Below, piece by piece: positions 46,249-56,893 of a stretch of DNA of 64,000 bases. The notes beneath the pieces were generated by a model. That model was not told the origin of the DNA and searched no databases. It was given only the letters and a program-made list of their open reading frames with translations. Each line of letters begins with the position of its first letter. Position 1 is the first letter of the stretch. The stretch covers positions 1 through 64,000 of IMG/VR virus record IMGVR_UViG_3300035661_000030; one strand, written 5' to 3'. Origin of the DNA: a virus. Taxonomy: Duplodnaviria > Caudoviricetes. The position numbers and the translations under genes were made by a program.

Positions 46249-46917
46249 ATGACGAATGATTTGATTAGACAATATCAAGAAACTGGATCTAAAGAAGTGG
46301 AAGATCAATTGTTTGATCTTCATAAAAGTTATATTCAAGCAAATATAAACAAGTGGAGTGGGGTTTTGCCAGAAGCCGTTTTGCAGGCTTATGGAAAACA
46401 TTATGCGAAAAATGCATTTAAGTCATTTGATCCAAATAAAGGTGGCAGTATTAATACTCATCTTTATAATCATATTTCTCAACTGTCTCGTAGAGTTTAT
46501 GCCGCTAACAATTCCCTTTCTATTCCCGAACATCAAATTCAAATGATTGGTAAAGTTAATTCTGCTAGAGATTTGCTTGCAGATGAACTTGGAAGAGATC
46601 CTACGGTAGATGAAATAGCTGATCATCTTTCATTACCTAAACAACATATTGCAAAAGTTATTAAAAATCAAAGAGCAGATTTCTTAAATGATTCAGATAC
46701 AGATATACAATATCAAGTTGGCGGTGATAGTAAAGTAGCAGATAAAATCTTTGGTTATCGTCAAGCTCTTGAAGATAAACAGAAAGAATATTTTGATGCT
46801 TTAACTGGATTTGGTGGAACAAAACCATTGACTCCACAACAGTTTGGCAAACAATTTAAAATGAAACCATATGAAGTTTCTAGATTAAAAGCTTACTTTG
46901 CGAAGGGGTTAAAATAA
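46249..46917 (+). CDS. Sigma-70-family RNA polymerase sigma factor
   Basis: Region 2 AFKSFDPNKGGSINTH; region 3 ELGRDPTVDEIADHL; region-4-like C-terminus; TG-A-TATAAT upstream. Confidence 0.88.
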   Translation: MTNDLIRQYQETGSKEVEDQLFDLHKSYIQANINKWSGVLPEAVLQAYGKHYAKNAFKSFDPNKGGSINTHLYNHISQLSRRVYAANNSLSIPEHQIQMIGKVNSARDLLADELGRDPTVDEIADHLSLPKQHIAKVIKNQRADFLNDSDTDIQYQVGGDSKVADKIFGYRQALEDKQKEYFDALTGFGGTKPLTPQQFGKQFKMKPYEVSRLKAYFAKGLK

Positions 46918-47294
46918 TGGCTACTACAATTACTAGAGAACAAGTGTTAAGTGATCGTGTTATTACGGTCAAGATTTTTTTAGCTTCTAAGGATGCTAGT
47001 GATGATGCTCTCATTAAAAAATTCGGGGATATAAAAATAAACCCATCTGGTGAGTTTGGTGATCCTAACGATGCTGCCTATCCTCAGTTTAGAGTAGACG
47101 CAGGGGATGCTGTTCCATTTTTCACGGTTGGAGAGATCAAGGCGGTATTCGCAAATGATACTCTTACAATCCTCGATTTACAAAAGAGAGCAGATTTATG
47201 GGGCGATAAAATTCAATTAGATATTCAAAATGCTATGATAGCTTTAAGGGCTTTAACTGATAAAACCACTTCAACTACCACGGTAACTATTTAA
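46917..47294 (+). CDS. Hypothetical protein
   Basis: Translationally coupled to the sigma gene. Confidence 0.7.
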   Translation: MATTITREQVLSDRVITVKIFLASKDASDDALIKKFGDIKINPSGEFGDPNDAAYPQFRVDAGDAVPFFTVGEIKAVFANDTLTILDLQKRADLWGDKIQLDIQNAMIALRALTDKTTSTTTVTI

Positions 47295-47710
47295 TGGCCT
47301 TTCAATCATTTCTAGAAAAATATAAATCATTTCTTACTAACTGGAGCAAGTCAGCTTCAGGTGAAGGAACTACAGAAACTTTTGATTATCAAATTAATAC
47401 AAAACAAGAATTAAATGCTTTACAGAATGTTTCAACAATTAATGATATGGTGCAATTAAGTAATGGTTATTATGACCAAGTTGGAATTGGCAGAGCTATT
47501 AAAGAATTATATAAAACTCCTAAAGATTATTTAGCTGATTTTAAATCTTATAATGAAATGTTAATTAAAAGATTAGATAATATTGGAGGTGAAGTTGCAG
47601 ATTCAACTATTAATGTAGCTAATACAATTGAAAAAAGCAAATCAATAAAAGGCATCTCTCAGAAATTACAACTTAAACTTTCATTAATAAAATCGGAATT
47701 CGATGCGTGA
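47294..47710 (+). CDS. Hypothetical protein
   Basis: Coupled ORF. Confidence 0.7.
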   Translation: MAFQSFLEKYKSFLTNWSKSASGEGTTETFDYQINTKQELNALQNVSTINDMVQLSNGYYDQVGIGRAIKELYKTPKDYLADFKSYNEMLIKRLDNIGGEVADSTINVANTIEKSKSIKGISQKLQLKLSLIKSEFDA

Positions 47711-48122
47711 CTTAGATATTACAAATAGAGATTTATTTGGAAATGTAACTTTCCAAATGAAATCATCCTCTGTATCGGGGATTGAAAATGTTATTCAAAA
47801 AGTCACAACAATGCTTCTCTCTCAAAATAAAACAACCTATTTTGGTTCAGTTATTGGAAGTGATGCATTATCAGTAGGTAAATTTAATTATGCTAATGAT
47901 GATTCTTCTGATTTTAAACTTGTTATTGCGGATAACTTAATCAATATCTTAAACGCAATTCAATCAGATGAGAGTAAATATAATATTCCTGTAGAAGATA
48001 GAATTAAAGACATACAAATAAAAGACTTGGTATTTGAAAAGAAAACGTTAAACGTATTTCTTTCTCTTATTGTTTCAACAAATTCTGCTACTAAAGTAAT
48101 TCAACTTCCGGTGAAAAAATGA
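47703..48122 (+). CDS. Baseplate wedge protein (gp25-like)
   Basis: SGIENVIQKVTTMLL...GS...ED.I..I pattern; directly before the baseplate-J-like gene. Confidence 0.6.
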   Translation: MRDLDITNRDLFGNVTFQMKSSSVSGIENVIQKVTTMLLSQNKTTYFGSVIGSDALSVGKFNYANDDSSDFKLVIADNLINILNAIQSDESKYNIPVEDRIKDIQIKDLVFEKKTLNVFLSLIVSTNSATKVIQLPVKK

Positions 48123-49810
48123 ATGGAACTGATTTCATTAAATTTGCTATAGATACATTAAAAGCAGATCCTAACTATTCAGATATTGATATGTCTGAAT
48201 CATCAGCTTTTTATAATATGGTAATATTACCTTTCACCGTACTAAGTAAACCTATTTATGATATGAATGAAGCTAATTTATCTGCATTAAAATTAGAGTC
48301 AATGACAGATACTCAAATGGACGATTATGCTTCAATGTTTTTTGTCAAACGTAGAACCGAAAATTTACTTACATTAGAAATTTCAATCTATTTAACTAAT
48401 ACGGCAGCTGATACAGAACCTTTAATTGTTTCTACTACAGATCAATTTAGAACAAGTTCAAATCAGGTATTTTCTCCAATTCAAGATTATGTATTTGCTT
48501 ATAATACTTTGCCTACGGTTACAATTAATGGCACTATTTATAAAGTTGCTACAATTGTAACTTCATCAGCTAATAATTATAGTCAAGTTGCAGAAGGAAG
48601 CATTAAGACGAGTTCATTACTTCATCCATTAATTCAATTTGTCACTAATACTAAATCTTCATCTTCACCTTTAACTTCTGAAACTAATACCGAATTTATT
48701 AATACAATTCAGAAAGCTATTACTCAAAGAAATAACACAACTTCAGATTCATTGTATACAAATCTCAAGCTTGCTTTCCCTCAAATTACAGACTGTCTTT
48801 CTATTGGACATTCTGACCCTGAAATGCAAAGAGATATTGCTGTAGCCGGTAAAACATGGTCTGGTCATTTTGGTGGTATGACAGATATTTATATTCGTAC
48901 ACCATTAACTCCAGTAACCGCAACTATGTCAGCCACAGATATTGGAAATGGATATAAATTTAAAATTCAAAGATATAAAGGTTACGATTGGAGTGCTACA
49001 GATAACGCTTCTCCAAACCCATTATCATTAACCCCCTGGATTTTATTGCAGACTAATGATCCATTACCTATTACTCCAGTTGTATTGATTGATTGGACTG
49101 GTACTTCTATTAGTAATACTACTATAACTTTAGATACTAATGGTTATCCTAAATATAGTATTAAAGTTTTACCTGATCCATTAGAAAAATCATATGGTAA
49201 AAATTATCGTTATTCACCATATGAAAATATTGAAATTACAATTTATACAAATTTAAATCCAGGTGGAAATCAAACCGTAACATTAAAATATTATACATTA
49301 TCAAATATCGAAGAGATTCAATCATTTGTCAATTCTTCTGCAAATAGAGTTTTGTGTTCAAACAATCTTGTTAAATCTTTTATTCCAGTAGAAATAAAAA
49401 GCTTGAATATTACTTACGATTCACGATATACTGTAAATGAAACGCAATGGAAAACAACTATTGCGAATCTAATTAATAACTGGTCTTTACCAGAACCAAT
49501 TAGATTAACTACTTTATTAAAAGACTTTCCCGCGCCAACACGAATTGATGAAATCTGGTATGATAATAATGCAAACAATCTTCCTTATAAAACTGATGTA
49601 AATGGAATTATAATTGGAACAAACGTATCTACTGGCGCTTATCCTTGTTATGCAACAATGTTATTAGAAAACATTGATGGATCACATCAATATTATCTTT
49701 CTACTAGACAATTATATCCTTTAGTTAGTAATGGCATTTCAACATCATATAGAACTTGCAGATATTTTATTGATCCTACAAATATTTCCTTCATTAAAGG
49801 GAGTTGGTAA
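48119..49810 (+). CDS. Baseplate J-like wedge protein
   Basis: D.YAS.FFV.R...; ETNTEFI..I; SIGH.DPEMQRD; G.TDIYI. Confidence 0.7.
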   Translation: MNGTDFIKFAIDTLKADPNYSDIDMSESSAFYNMVILPFTVLSKPIYDMNEANLSALKLESMTDTQMDDYASMFFVKRRTENLLTLEISIYLTNTAADTEPLIVSTTDQFRTSSNQVFSPIQDYVFAYNTLPTVTINGTIYKVATIVTSSANNYSQVAEGSIKTSSLLHPLIQFVTNTKSSSSPLTSETNTEFINTIQKAITQRNNTTSDSLYTNLKLAFPQITDCLSIGHSDPEMQRDIAVAGKTWSGHFGGMTDIYIRTPLTPVTATMSATDIGNGYKFKIQRYKGYDWSATDNASPNPLSLTPWILLQTNDPLPITPVVLIDWTGTSISNTTITLDTNGYPKYSIKVLPDPLEKSYGKNYRYSPYENIEITIYTNLNPGGNQTVTLKYYTLSNIEEIQSFVNSSANRVLCSNNLVKSFIPVEIKSLNITYDSRYTVNETQWKTTIANLINNWSLPEPIRLTTLLKDFPAPTRIDEIWYDNNANNLPYKTDVNGIIIGTNVSTGAYPCYATMLLENIDGSHQYYLSTRQLYPLVSNGISTSYRTCRYFIDPTNISFIKGSW

Positions 49811-50316
49811 TGAAAGCTTCTGAATTTTTAATGGCTAAAGCGTTAGAGTATGATGATTTTCGCTTAACTAAATTAGCTCATGAATTACATGAATCTGATG
49901 CTGATTTTGAATATATTAAAGAAGCTGGTTTGGCTAGTGGATTGCTTGCTGCCGGTAGTCAATTGTTAAAAAATAACGTAGTTCGTAATGCTGCTATCGG
50001 TGCTGGAGTTGGTGCGTTATCTGGTGCCGTTAATGCTGGCGAAGGAAATAGATTATCTGGAGCTTTAAAAGGTGCTGCTTTGGGTGGTGCTGTTGGCGGT
50101 ATTGGAACTGGAGCTATGAACATTAATACTGCAATGAAGGTTCCGGGTACAACAATAGGTCAAGCTATTGGACAGCAATTTAATCAAGTCGCTGGAGTTG
50201 TAAATAAAGCTGGTAGAGCTTTTGATATTGGTAATAGTGGTAAAACTTTTGGTTCAAAATTAGTAGTACCTGCAACTAATCAAACTGGCGCAGGAACGGC
50301 CCAAGGACACTTATAA
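49810..50316 (+). CDS. Gly/Ala-zipper protein, putative internal head/ejection protein
   Basis: AAIGAGVGALSG and GAALGGAVGGIG after an acidic leader ending TKLA...IKEA. Confidence 0.6.
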   Translation: MKASEFLMAKALEYDDFRLTKLAHELHESDADFEYIKEAGLASGLLAAGSQLLKNNVVRNAAIGAGVGALSGAVNAGEGNRLSGALKGAALGGAVGGIGTGAMNINTAMKVPGTTIGQAIGQQFNQVAGVVNKAGRAFDIGNSGKTFGSKLVVPATNQTGAGTAQGHL

Positions 50317-50317
50317 T

Positions 50318-50620
50318 ATGTCTCTAATTAAATTAGCAGTTCAACCAGTAATAGTTATAAATAAAACAGATCCTAATAACCAGGGGTCTAAAACATTTAA
50401 TGCTAAAAATTTAGTTGCTGCTGTTACTGGTGGCACTACTGGCTTTTTAGCAAGCCATAAAATTGAGCATTTACCAAAATTTAATGATAAACTTTTATCT
50501 CATCAATATGCTAAACGTATGGGTTCTGTATTAGGTGGATTTACCGGTGCTGCCGCTGCATATAAATTAATGAATAAAAAGAAAGAACAAGATCAATCAC
50601 CTAAATTTTATATGCTGTAG
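50318..50620 (+). CDS. Small Gly-zipper protein starting MSLIKLA
   Basis: Two GGxxG hydrophobic segments. Confidence 0.6.
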   Translation: MSLIKLAVQPVIVINKTDPNNQGSKTFNAKNLVAAVTGGTTGFLASHKIEHLPKFNDKLLSHQYAKRMGSVLGGFTGAAAAYKLMNKKKEQDQSPKFYML

Positions 50621-50626
50621 GTAATT

Positions 50627-53600
50627 ATGAATTCTGAACGTGATATTACCAGGAAAACTAGTCAAGGAATCATTGACGCAATTCATAATAACATTAAAGA
50701 CATATTTCCTTTATCTGTAGGCAATAAAACTTTAGAAGTTAAAAATGTAGAAGTTAGTGGATGGGACAATGCCGATCCCAAAAACTATTATGCAATAGCT
50801 GATGCTAAAGCTAAAGACAAAACATATGGCGTTCATCTTTATGGTGATGTAGAACTAAAAGAAAATGGAATTCTCTTAGATAAAAAGAGAATGAAACTAG
50901 CTACTGCTCCGGTAATGGCTGGTGATGGAACATTTATTGTAGGTGGATCGCAATACCAAATTGATCATCAATTAAGATTACGCCCTGGTATTTATTCTCG
51001 CGTAAAGCAAAATGGTGAAATTGAAGCGCATATCAATCCTGATGGATTTAAAAATCTTCGTTTAGCCGTTGATCCTGCTACTAAAAAATTAACAATAAAT
51101 GTAAATCAGGCTAATATTAACGCTATTCCTGTACTTCGTATTCTTGGCATTAAAGACGACTTAATTAAGAAAACTTTTGGACCTGATGTATATGATGCGA
51201 ATATTAAGGCGATTGGGAAAAGGGGTGATGATGAAATTAAGCGTTTCTTTAAATCAGTTCATCCATATGACGAGATTCCAGAAACTTATGAAGCTATTGC
51301 AGAACGTTTAGCTACGTCGTTAAAAGAAGCTAAACTTGATCCAAAGGTGACTCAAATTACTTTAGGACAAGAATTTAAACATGTAAACGGTCAAGCTCTT
51401 TTACGTGGTTTTGAAAAAGTTATTAATGTTTCTCGTGGCATCGAACAGCCTGATGATCGTGACGCTTTAGCATTTAAAACTATTCATTCTGTCGAAGATT
51501 TTGTAAACGAAAGAATTAAAAAGAATCGTAAACAAATTCAGTTTTCAATTGAAAACAGAATGCGAAAAAATGATAAACTTGATCAGATTATGAATGCTGG
51601 TCATATTAATCAACATATTTTTTCATTCTTTAATTCTGCTGCTCTCTCAGAAATTCCTTCACAAATTAATCCTCTTGCAGTAATTAACAGTTCATTCAAA
51701 ACTACAATTACTGGTGAAGGTGGTATTGAAAATGCAGAATCAATTATGCCTGAATCACAGGCATTGCATCCTTCTCATTTAGGATATCTTGATCCTATCA
51801 ATACGCCCGAATCAAAGAAGATTGGCGTAACTTTAAATTTAGCTATTGGTACTTCTAAAAAAGGTAATGAACTTTATACTAAATTAAAAAATATTCATAG
51901 TGGTAAAGAAGAAGATGTTTCTACTATTGATGCTTATCATAAAGTTATAGCATTGCCGGGTCAAAAAATGACGGGTCAGGTAACTGCTATTAAAAATGGT
52001 AAGCAGGTAGAGGTTGACGCTAAGGAAGTTACTCATGAACTTCCTAATGCTTATTCAGCTTTTACTATGGCCTCACAAGCTTTACCTGCAATGAATCATA
52101 ACCAGGGTAACAGAGCAGGCATGGCTTCTCGTCATATTAATCAAGCTATTTCTTTAAAGTATCGTGAAGCCCCATTAGTTCAGGTTAAATCACCTATTGC
52201 TAATGGAATGAGTACAGAAGAATTCTTTGGCAAGAATTTCCAAATTGCCATTCATGCTAAAGAAGATGGCGAAATAAGTAAAATTACTAAATCACATATT
52301 GAAATGACCAATGGAACTAAGTATCCTATTTTTGATCATTTTGACTTACAGAATAAATCTTATCTTCATCATGAATTAGAAAATCTCAAACCAGGCATGA
52401 AGTTTAAGAAGGGTGAATTAATTGCTGATTCTAATTTCAGTAAAAATGGAGTTCTGTCTTTAGGTACAAATCTTCGTACAGCTTATATGCCGTGGAAAGG
52501 CTTAAATTTTGAAGATGGTATTGTAATATCTGAAACCGCTGCCAAAAAATTAACTTCTAATCACCTGTTTCAAGATCATATTGAAAAAGATGATGATTCA
52601 ATTATTGTTAATAAACGTAAATTTGTTACAATGTATCCTACGCTTTATACTAAAGAGCAATTAGATAAAATTGATGATAATGGTTTAGCTAAAGTTGGAG
52701 TTAAACTTAACCCTGGCGATCCTTATGCGTTAGTTTTGAACAAGACTCAGGGTACTCCTGAAGATTTAATGCTTAATAGATTACATAAATCTCTTGTTCA
52801 ACCATATAAAGATGCTTCTAAAACATGGGATCAGTTAACACCTGGAAATGTAACTAAGGCTATAGAAAACGCAAAGAATGTAAAGATTCATGCTAAGTAT
52901 GAAGCTCCTGCGATTATTGGAGATAAACTTGCTTTACGTCATGGTAATAAAGGCGTTATTACCGCAATCATACCAGATGCAGAAATGCCTTCAACGAAAG
53001 CTGGAAGATCTACTGAAGTAATACTTAGTCCTTTAAGTGTTATTACTCGTATGAGTCTTGGTCAGATGCTTGAAAATTCTGCAAGCAAAATTGCGGAGAA
53101 AACAGGTAAACCTTATATTATTGAAAATTTCGCAAAAGAGAGTCAGTTAGATAAAATTAAAAAGGATCTTCAAAAACATGGTTTATCTGATACAGAAGAA
53201 TTATTTGATCAAAACGGAAAATCATTTGGTCATGTAATGGTTGGTCAACCATTAGTAGAGAAACTTTTCAAAACCGCTAAAGCTAACGTTTCGGCTAGGG
53301 ACGCTGGCGCATATGATATAGATAATAAGCCAATTAAGGGTGGGGATGATGGTTCTAAAGCTATTGACCAATTGACTCTTTATGGATTATTATCACACGG
53401 TGCAAGAGGTATTGTGAATGAAGTTTCTACCATCAAAGGTGATGGTAATGCTCAATTCTGGCAAAATCTTCAAAATGGTTTACCAACTCCCAAACCACAA
53501 ATTCCTTTTGTCTATAAGAAGTTTGAAGCAATGCTTCATGCTTCTGGTATCAATATTCGTAATGATGGATCAAAGAAAATTTTATTACCTTTGACCGATT

Positions 53601-56600
53601 CTCAGACTCTTGAAATGGCCGGGAATAATGAAATTACCTCTTTTGGAATGTTAGATCATAATTTTGAACCTATTAAGAATGGATTATTTGATCCACAAAC
53701 AACTGGTGGATCTAATGGTAATAAATGGGCTAAAATTACTTTAGCTCATCCAATTGTAAATCCATTATATGAAACACCAGTAAAAACATTATTGGATCTT
53801 AAAGATTCAGAATTCAAATCTATTTTAAAAGAAGAAGGCGGTCATGAAAAGATTAAAAACCTCTTGGCTAATATCAACGTTCATGAGCAGATTGATGCTC
53901 TTATATCTGATATCAAAACCGCACCAAAGACAAAGAAAGATAAGCTCCTTAAGAAGCTTAAAATTCTCAAGTCCCTCGATTCGCTTAATCTCAATCCCAA
54001 TGACGCTTATATTACTTCCGTTGTACCTGTTGTACCACCTATATTTAGACCTATCTTTGAGATTCCGGGTGGGCATGTTCAGACCCATAGTTTAAATAAT
54101 CTTTATCGTGACCTTGGTACTATTAATAATGCGATAAAGGATTTAGGTGCAACGCCTGAATTATCTGAAGCTTTATATAATTCATTAGGTGCTATTCAAG
54201 GTGTTAATAATCCAATAACTAAAGCAAATGAAATTAAAGGGGTCAAAGGTGCTATTCAGATATTAACTGGATCTGGTTCACCTAAATATGGTTTCTTCCA
54301 AAACAAAGTTTTACGTAAACAACAAGATCTTTCTGGTAGAGCAACAGCTGTACTTAACAATAATTTAAATATGGATCAAATTGCTATACCTGAAAAGATT
54401 GCTAAAGTAATCTACAAACCATTTGCTATTAAAGAATTGATCAAAAATGGCTATACGCATAAAGAAGCTACTGAGCATATTGATGAATTTAGTGATATTG
54501 GCAAAAAGGCTATTCAAGCCGCAATGTCTGATCGTCCAGTATTAATGAATCGCGCTCCATCATTGCATAAGTTTTCAATTATGGCATTTCAGCCTACTTT
54601 AACAAAAGGTTTATCAATTGAAACTCCCGGTCTTATCACTAAACCCTATTCGCTTGACTATGACGGAGATACGCTGGTGCTTCATGTGCCGGCTACAGAG
54701 AAAGCTAGGAAAGAAGCATTTGATATGCTTCCAAGCAAAAATTTATACAATCCTAGAACGCGTTCACTTAATTATATGCCGGATCAAGAAGCCATTCTTG
54801 GGCTTCATTTGCTTAGTAGTTCTAAAGAAGGTTTATCTAAGATAAATGCATTACTTCCAAATGACATTCCTTCATTAGCTGCAAATGCTACAAAGAAAAC
54901 CATAGAAACATTATTATCTAATTTAGCTGAAAAGCATCCTGATAAATATAATCTTATAACAACTAGACTTAAAGAACTTGGCGATAATTATGCTACTTCA
55001 AAAGGATTTTCATTATCTTTAAATGATCTTAAAAATAATCTTACACAGGTTCAAAGAGAATATAGACCTGCAATAACTATGTTAAAATCTAAATCATTAA
55101 AAGATAACTATAAACTTGACGCTTTATTAAAAGCTGATAAAGTAATTAAAGCTAATTCATTAGATGATAAAACTAATAACTTTGTTATTATGGCATCTTC
55201 TGGCGCTAGAGGCTCGTCTGAACAGGTTAAACAAATGCTATTTGCCCCTGGCGTTATGAGCGACCATAATGGTGATCCTTTGATGCGTCCTGTTTTAAAT
55301 AATTATTCTCAAGGTATGCCTTTTGATGATTATTGGACAACTCTTTACTCTGCTCGTAAAGCCGCTTTAGACAAACAGTTAATGACGGCAAAGCCAGGTG
55401 CTTTAAATAAAGAAGTAGTAAATACAACAATGAATATTCTTATAACAGAAAATGATTGTGGAACAAAACATGGTATTCCAATGAATACTTCTGACAATAA
55501 TTTAATTGGTCGTTATATGACTAATGGCACTCTTATTTCTAAGAGTAATATTGACTCAATTCGTAAACATCATACTACTGTTGACGTTCGTTCTCCCGCT
55601 ACTTGTGAATCATCTCATGGTATTTGCCAGAAATGTTATGGTCTTGATGAATATGGTAAGCTTCCTGATATTGGACATAATGTAGGAATTAAATCTGCTC
55701 AAGCCGCAACAGAACCTTTAACTCAAGCTGCCATGAAAACATTTCATATGGGAGGAACTGTATCGGGTGGTGGCGGTGTTTTTGGTGGTTTTGAGCATGT
55801 GAACAATTTCTTAGTTGCTCCAGAAACCTTTAAAAATAAAGCTACATTATCAACTCTTTCAGGTAAAGTAACCAAAATCACCCCTGGATCTGCTGGTGGT
55901 TTCCATGTAGAAATTGATGGAATACCGCATTTTGTAAATCCTAAAGCTGGTGATTTAAAGGTCAAGAAAGGCGATAGTGTTAAGAAAGGTGATCTTCTTA
56001 ATTATGGTATCCCTCATCCTAAAGATGCAATGCATCTTTTAGGTGAAATTGGCGGCATTCATAAGATTACTGAAACACTTCATGATATTTATACTAATTC
56101 AGGTATTGCTATTGATCGTCGTAATCTTGAAACTATTGTTCGTGGCATGACAGGATTTGGTATTGTTAAAGATGAAGGAACGCATAAGCATTTTGTAGAA
56201 GGCGATACAGTTCCTTTAAGTCAGATTTATGAATTTAATCAACATGCTGATAAAGTTCATACAATGCCATTACATGATGCTTATGGAATGATTCTTGATA
56301 AAAATATAGGATCATTCCAAGCCGGTAGTCGTGTAGATAAAAATATGATACAATCTTTATCTAGACATTATAAAGAGGTTGACGTTAAACAATCTCCTAT
56401 TAAATATGAACGTACTGTATTAGGTGTTCAGCAGGCTCCATTAAAGACTAGAGACTGGATGAGTCAATTAGGTTTCCGTTATCTAAAACGTGGATTACAA
56501 GAAGGTGCTACTTATGGATATCATTCAGATATTCATGGAACTGCTCCAATTCCATCTTTTGTTACAGGTCAATTAGGTGATCCTTCTGAATCTGGTAATT

Positions 56601-56605
56601 ATTAA
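50627..56605 (+). CDS. rpoBC: DNA-directed RNA polymerase, fused beta-beta' single chain (1992 aa)
   Basis: Beta motifs GTFIVGG, HPSHLG...TPE, YMPWKGLNFED, GDKLALRHGNKG; beta' motifs QDLSGRA, NRAPSLH, DYDGD, bridge helix, C..C..C..C zinc site, EPLTQAAMKTFH. Confidence 0.97.
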   Translation: MNSERDITRKTSQGIIDAIHNNIKDIFPLSVGNKTLEVKNVEVSGWDNADPKNYYAIADAKAKDKTYGVHLYGDVELKENGILLDKKRMKLATAPVMAGDGTFIVGGSQYQIDHQLRLRPGIYSRVKQNGEIEAHINPDGFKNLRLAVDPATKKLTINVNQANINAIPVLRILGIKDDLIKKTFGPDVYDANIKAIGKRGDDEIKRFFKSVHPYDEIPETYEAIAERLATSLKEAKLDPKVTQITLGQEFKHVNGQALLRGFEKVINVSRGIEQPDDRDALAFKTIHSVEDFVNERIKKNRKQIQFSIENRMRKNDKLDQIMNAGHINQHIFSFFNSAALSEIPSQINPLAVINSSFKTTITGEGGIENAESIMPESQALHPSHLGYLDPINTPESKKIGVTLNLAIGTSKKGNELYTKLKNIHSGKEEDVSTIDAYHKVIALPGQKMTGQVTAIKNGKQVEVDAKEVTHELPNAYSAFTMASQALPAMNHNQGNRAGMASRHINQAISLKYREAPLVQVKSPIANGMSTEEFFGKNFQIAIHAKEDGEISKITKSHIEMTNGTKYPIFDHFDLQNKSYLHHELENLKPGMKFKKGELIADSNFSKNGVLSLGTNLRTAYMPWKGLNFEDGIVISETAAKKLTSNHLFQDHIEKDDDSIIVNKRKFVTMYPTLYTKEQLDKIDDNGLAKVGVKLNPGDPYALVLNKTQGTPEDLMLNRLHKSLVQPYKDASKTWDQLTPGNVTKAIENAKNVKIHAKYEAPAIIGDKLALRHGNKGVITAIIPDAEMPSTKAGRSTEVILSPLSVITRMSLGQMLENSASKIAEKTGKPYIIENFAKESQLDKIKKDLQKHGLSDTEELFDQNGKSFGHVMVGQPLVEKLFKTAKANVSARDAGAYDIDNKPIKGGDDGSKAIDQLTLYGLLSHGARGIVNEVSTIKGDGNAQFWQNLQNGLPTPKPQIPFVYKKFEAMLHASGINIRNDGSKKILLPLTDSQTLEMAGNNEITSFGMLDHNFEPIKNGLFDPQTTGGSNGNKWAKITLAHPIVNPLYETPVKTLLDLKDSEFKSILKEEGGHEKIKNLLANINVHEQIDALISDIKTAPKTKKDKLLKKLKILKSLDSLNLNPNDAYITSVVPVVPPIFRPIFEIPGGHVQTHSLNNLYRDLGTINNAIKDLGATPELSEALYNSLGAIQGVNNPITKANEIKGVKGAIQILTGSGSPKYGFFQNKVLRKQQDLSGRATAVLNNNLNMDQIAIPEKIAKVIYKPFAIKELIKNGYTHKEATEHIDEFSDIGKKAIQAAMSDRPVLMNRAPSLHKFSIMAFQPTLTKGLSIETPGLITKPYSLDYDGDTLVLHVPATEKARKEAFDMLPSKNLYNPRTRSLNYMPDQEAILGLHLLSSSKEGLSKINALLPNDIPSLAANATKKTIETLLSNLAEKHPDKYNLITTRLKELGDNYATSKGFSLSLNDLKNNLTQVQREYRPAITMLKSKSLKDNYKLDALLKADKVIKANSLDDKTNNFVIMASSGARGSSEQVKQMLFAPGVMSDHNGDPLMRPVLNNYSQGMPFDDYWTTLYSARKAALDKQLMTAKPGALNKEVVNTTMNILITENDCGTKHGIPMNTSDNNLIGRYMTNGTLISKSNIDSIRKHHTTVDVRSPATCESSHGICQKCYGLDEYGKLPDIGHNVGIKSAQAATEPLTQAAMKTFHMGGTVSGGGGVFGGFEHVNNFLVAPETFKNKATLSTLSGKVTKITPGSAGGFHVEIDGIPHFVNPKAGDLKVKKGDSVKKGDLLNYGIPHPKDAMHLLGEIGGIHKITETLHDIYTNSGIAIDRRNLETIVRGMTGFGIVKDEGTHKHFVEGDTVPLSQIYEFNQHADKVHTMPLHDAYGMILDKNIGSFQAGSRVDKNMIQSLSRHYKEVDVKQSPIKYERTVLGVQQAPLKTRDWMSQLGFRYLKRGLQEGATYGYHSDIHGTAPIPSFVTGQLGDPSESGNY

Positions 56606-56685
56606 AAAAACTTGTTTTTGATGAATATAGACTCTAAAATATTTTTGTGAGATAATGTGTCATGCGTGGTTCTTGTTTAATAGCT

Positions 56686-56719
56686 AAAGAAAAGCGCATA
56701 TTGCTATGCGCTTTTTCTT
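56686..56719 (+). terminator. Intrinsic terminator after the RNAP gene (symmetrical)
   Basis: AAGAAAAGCGCATA-TTGC-TATGCGCTTTTTCTT. Confidence 0.88.
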
Positions 56720-56893
56720 AATCAATCAAATAGTTTATTAATAATATATACTACTAACAAAGATCCTATCTTTTCCTCAATGTCTAATTTTTTGTTCAAG
56801 TTAAATTCTGTATAAAGTCCATAAATAAAACTTTTCCACACATAATTCTCTGCTTACCAATTTCTCTAAGACATATAATCGGAGTAGATCATA

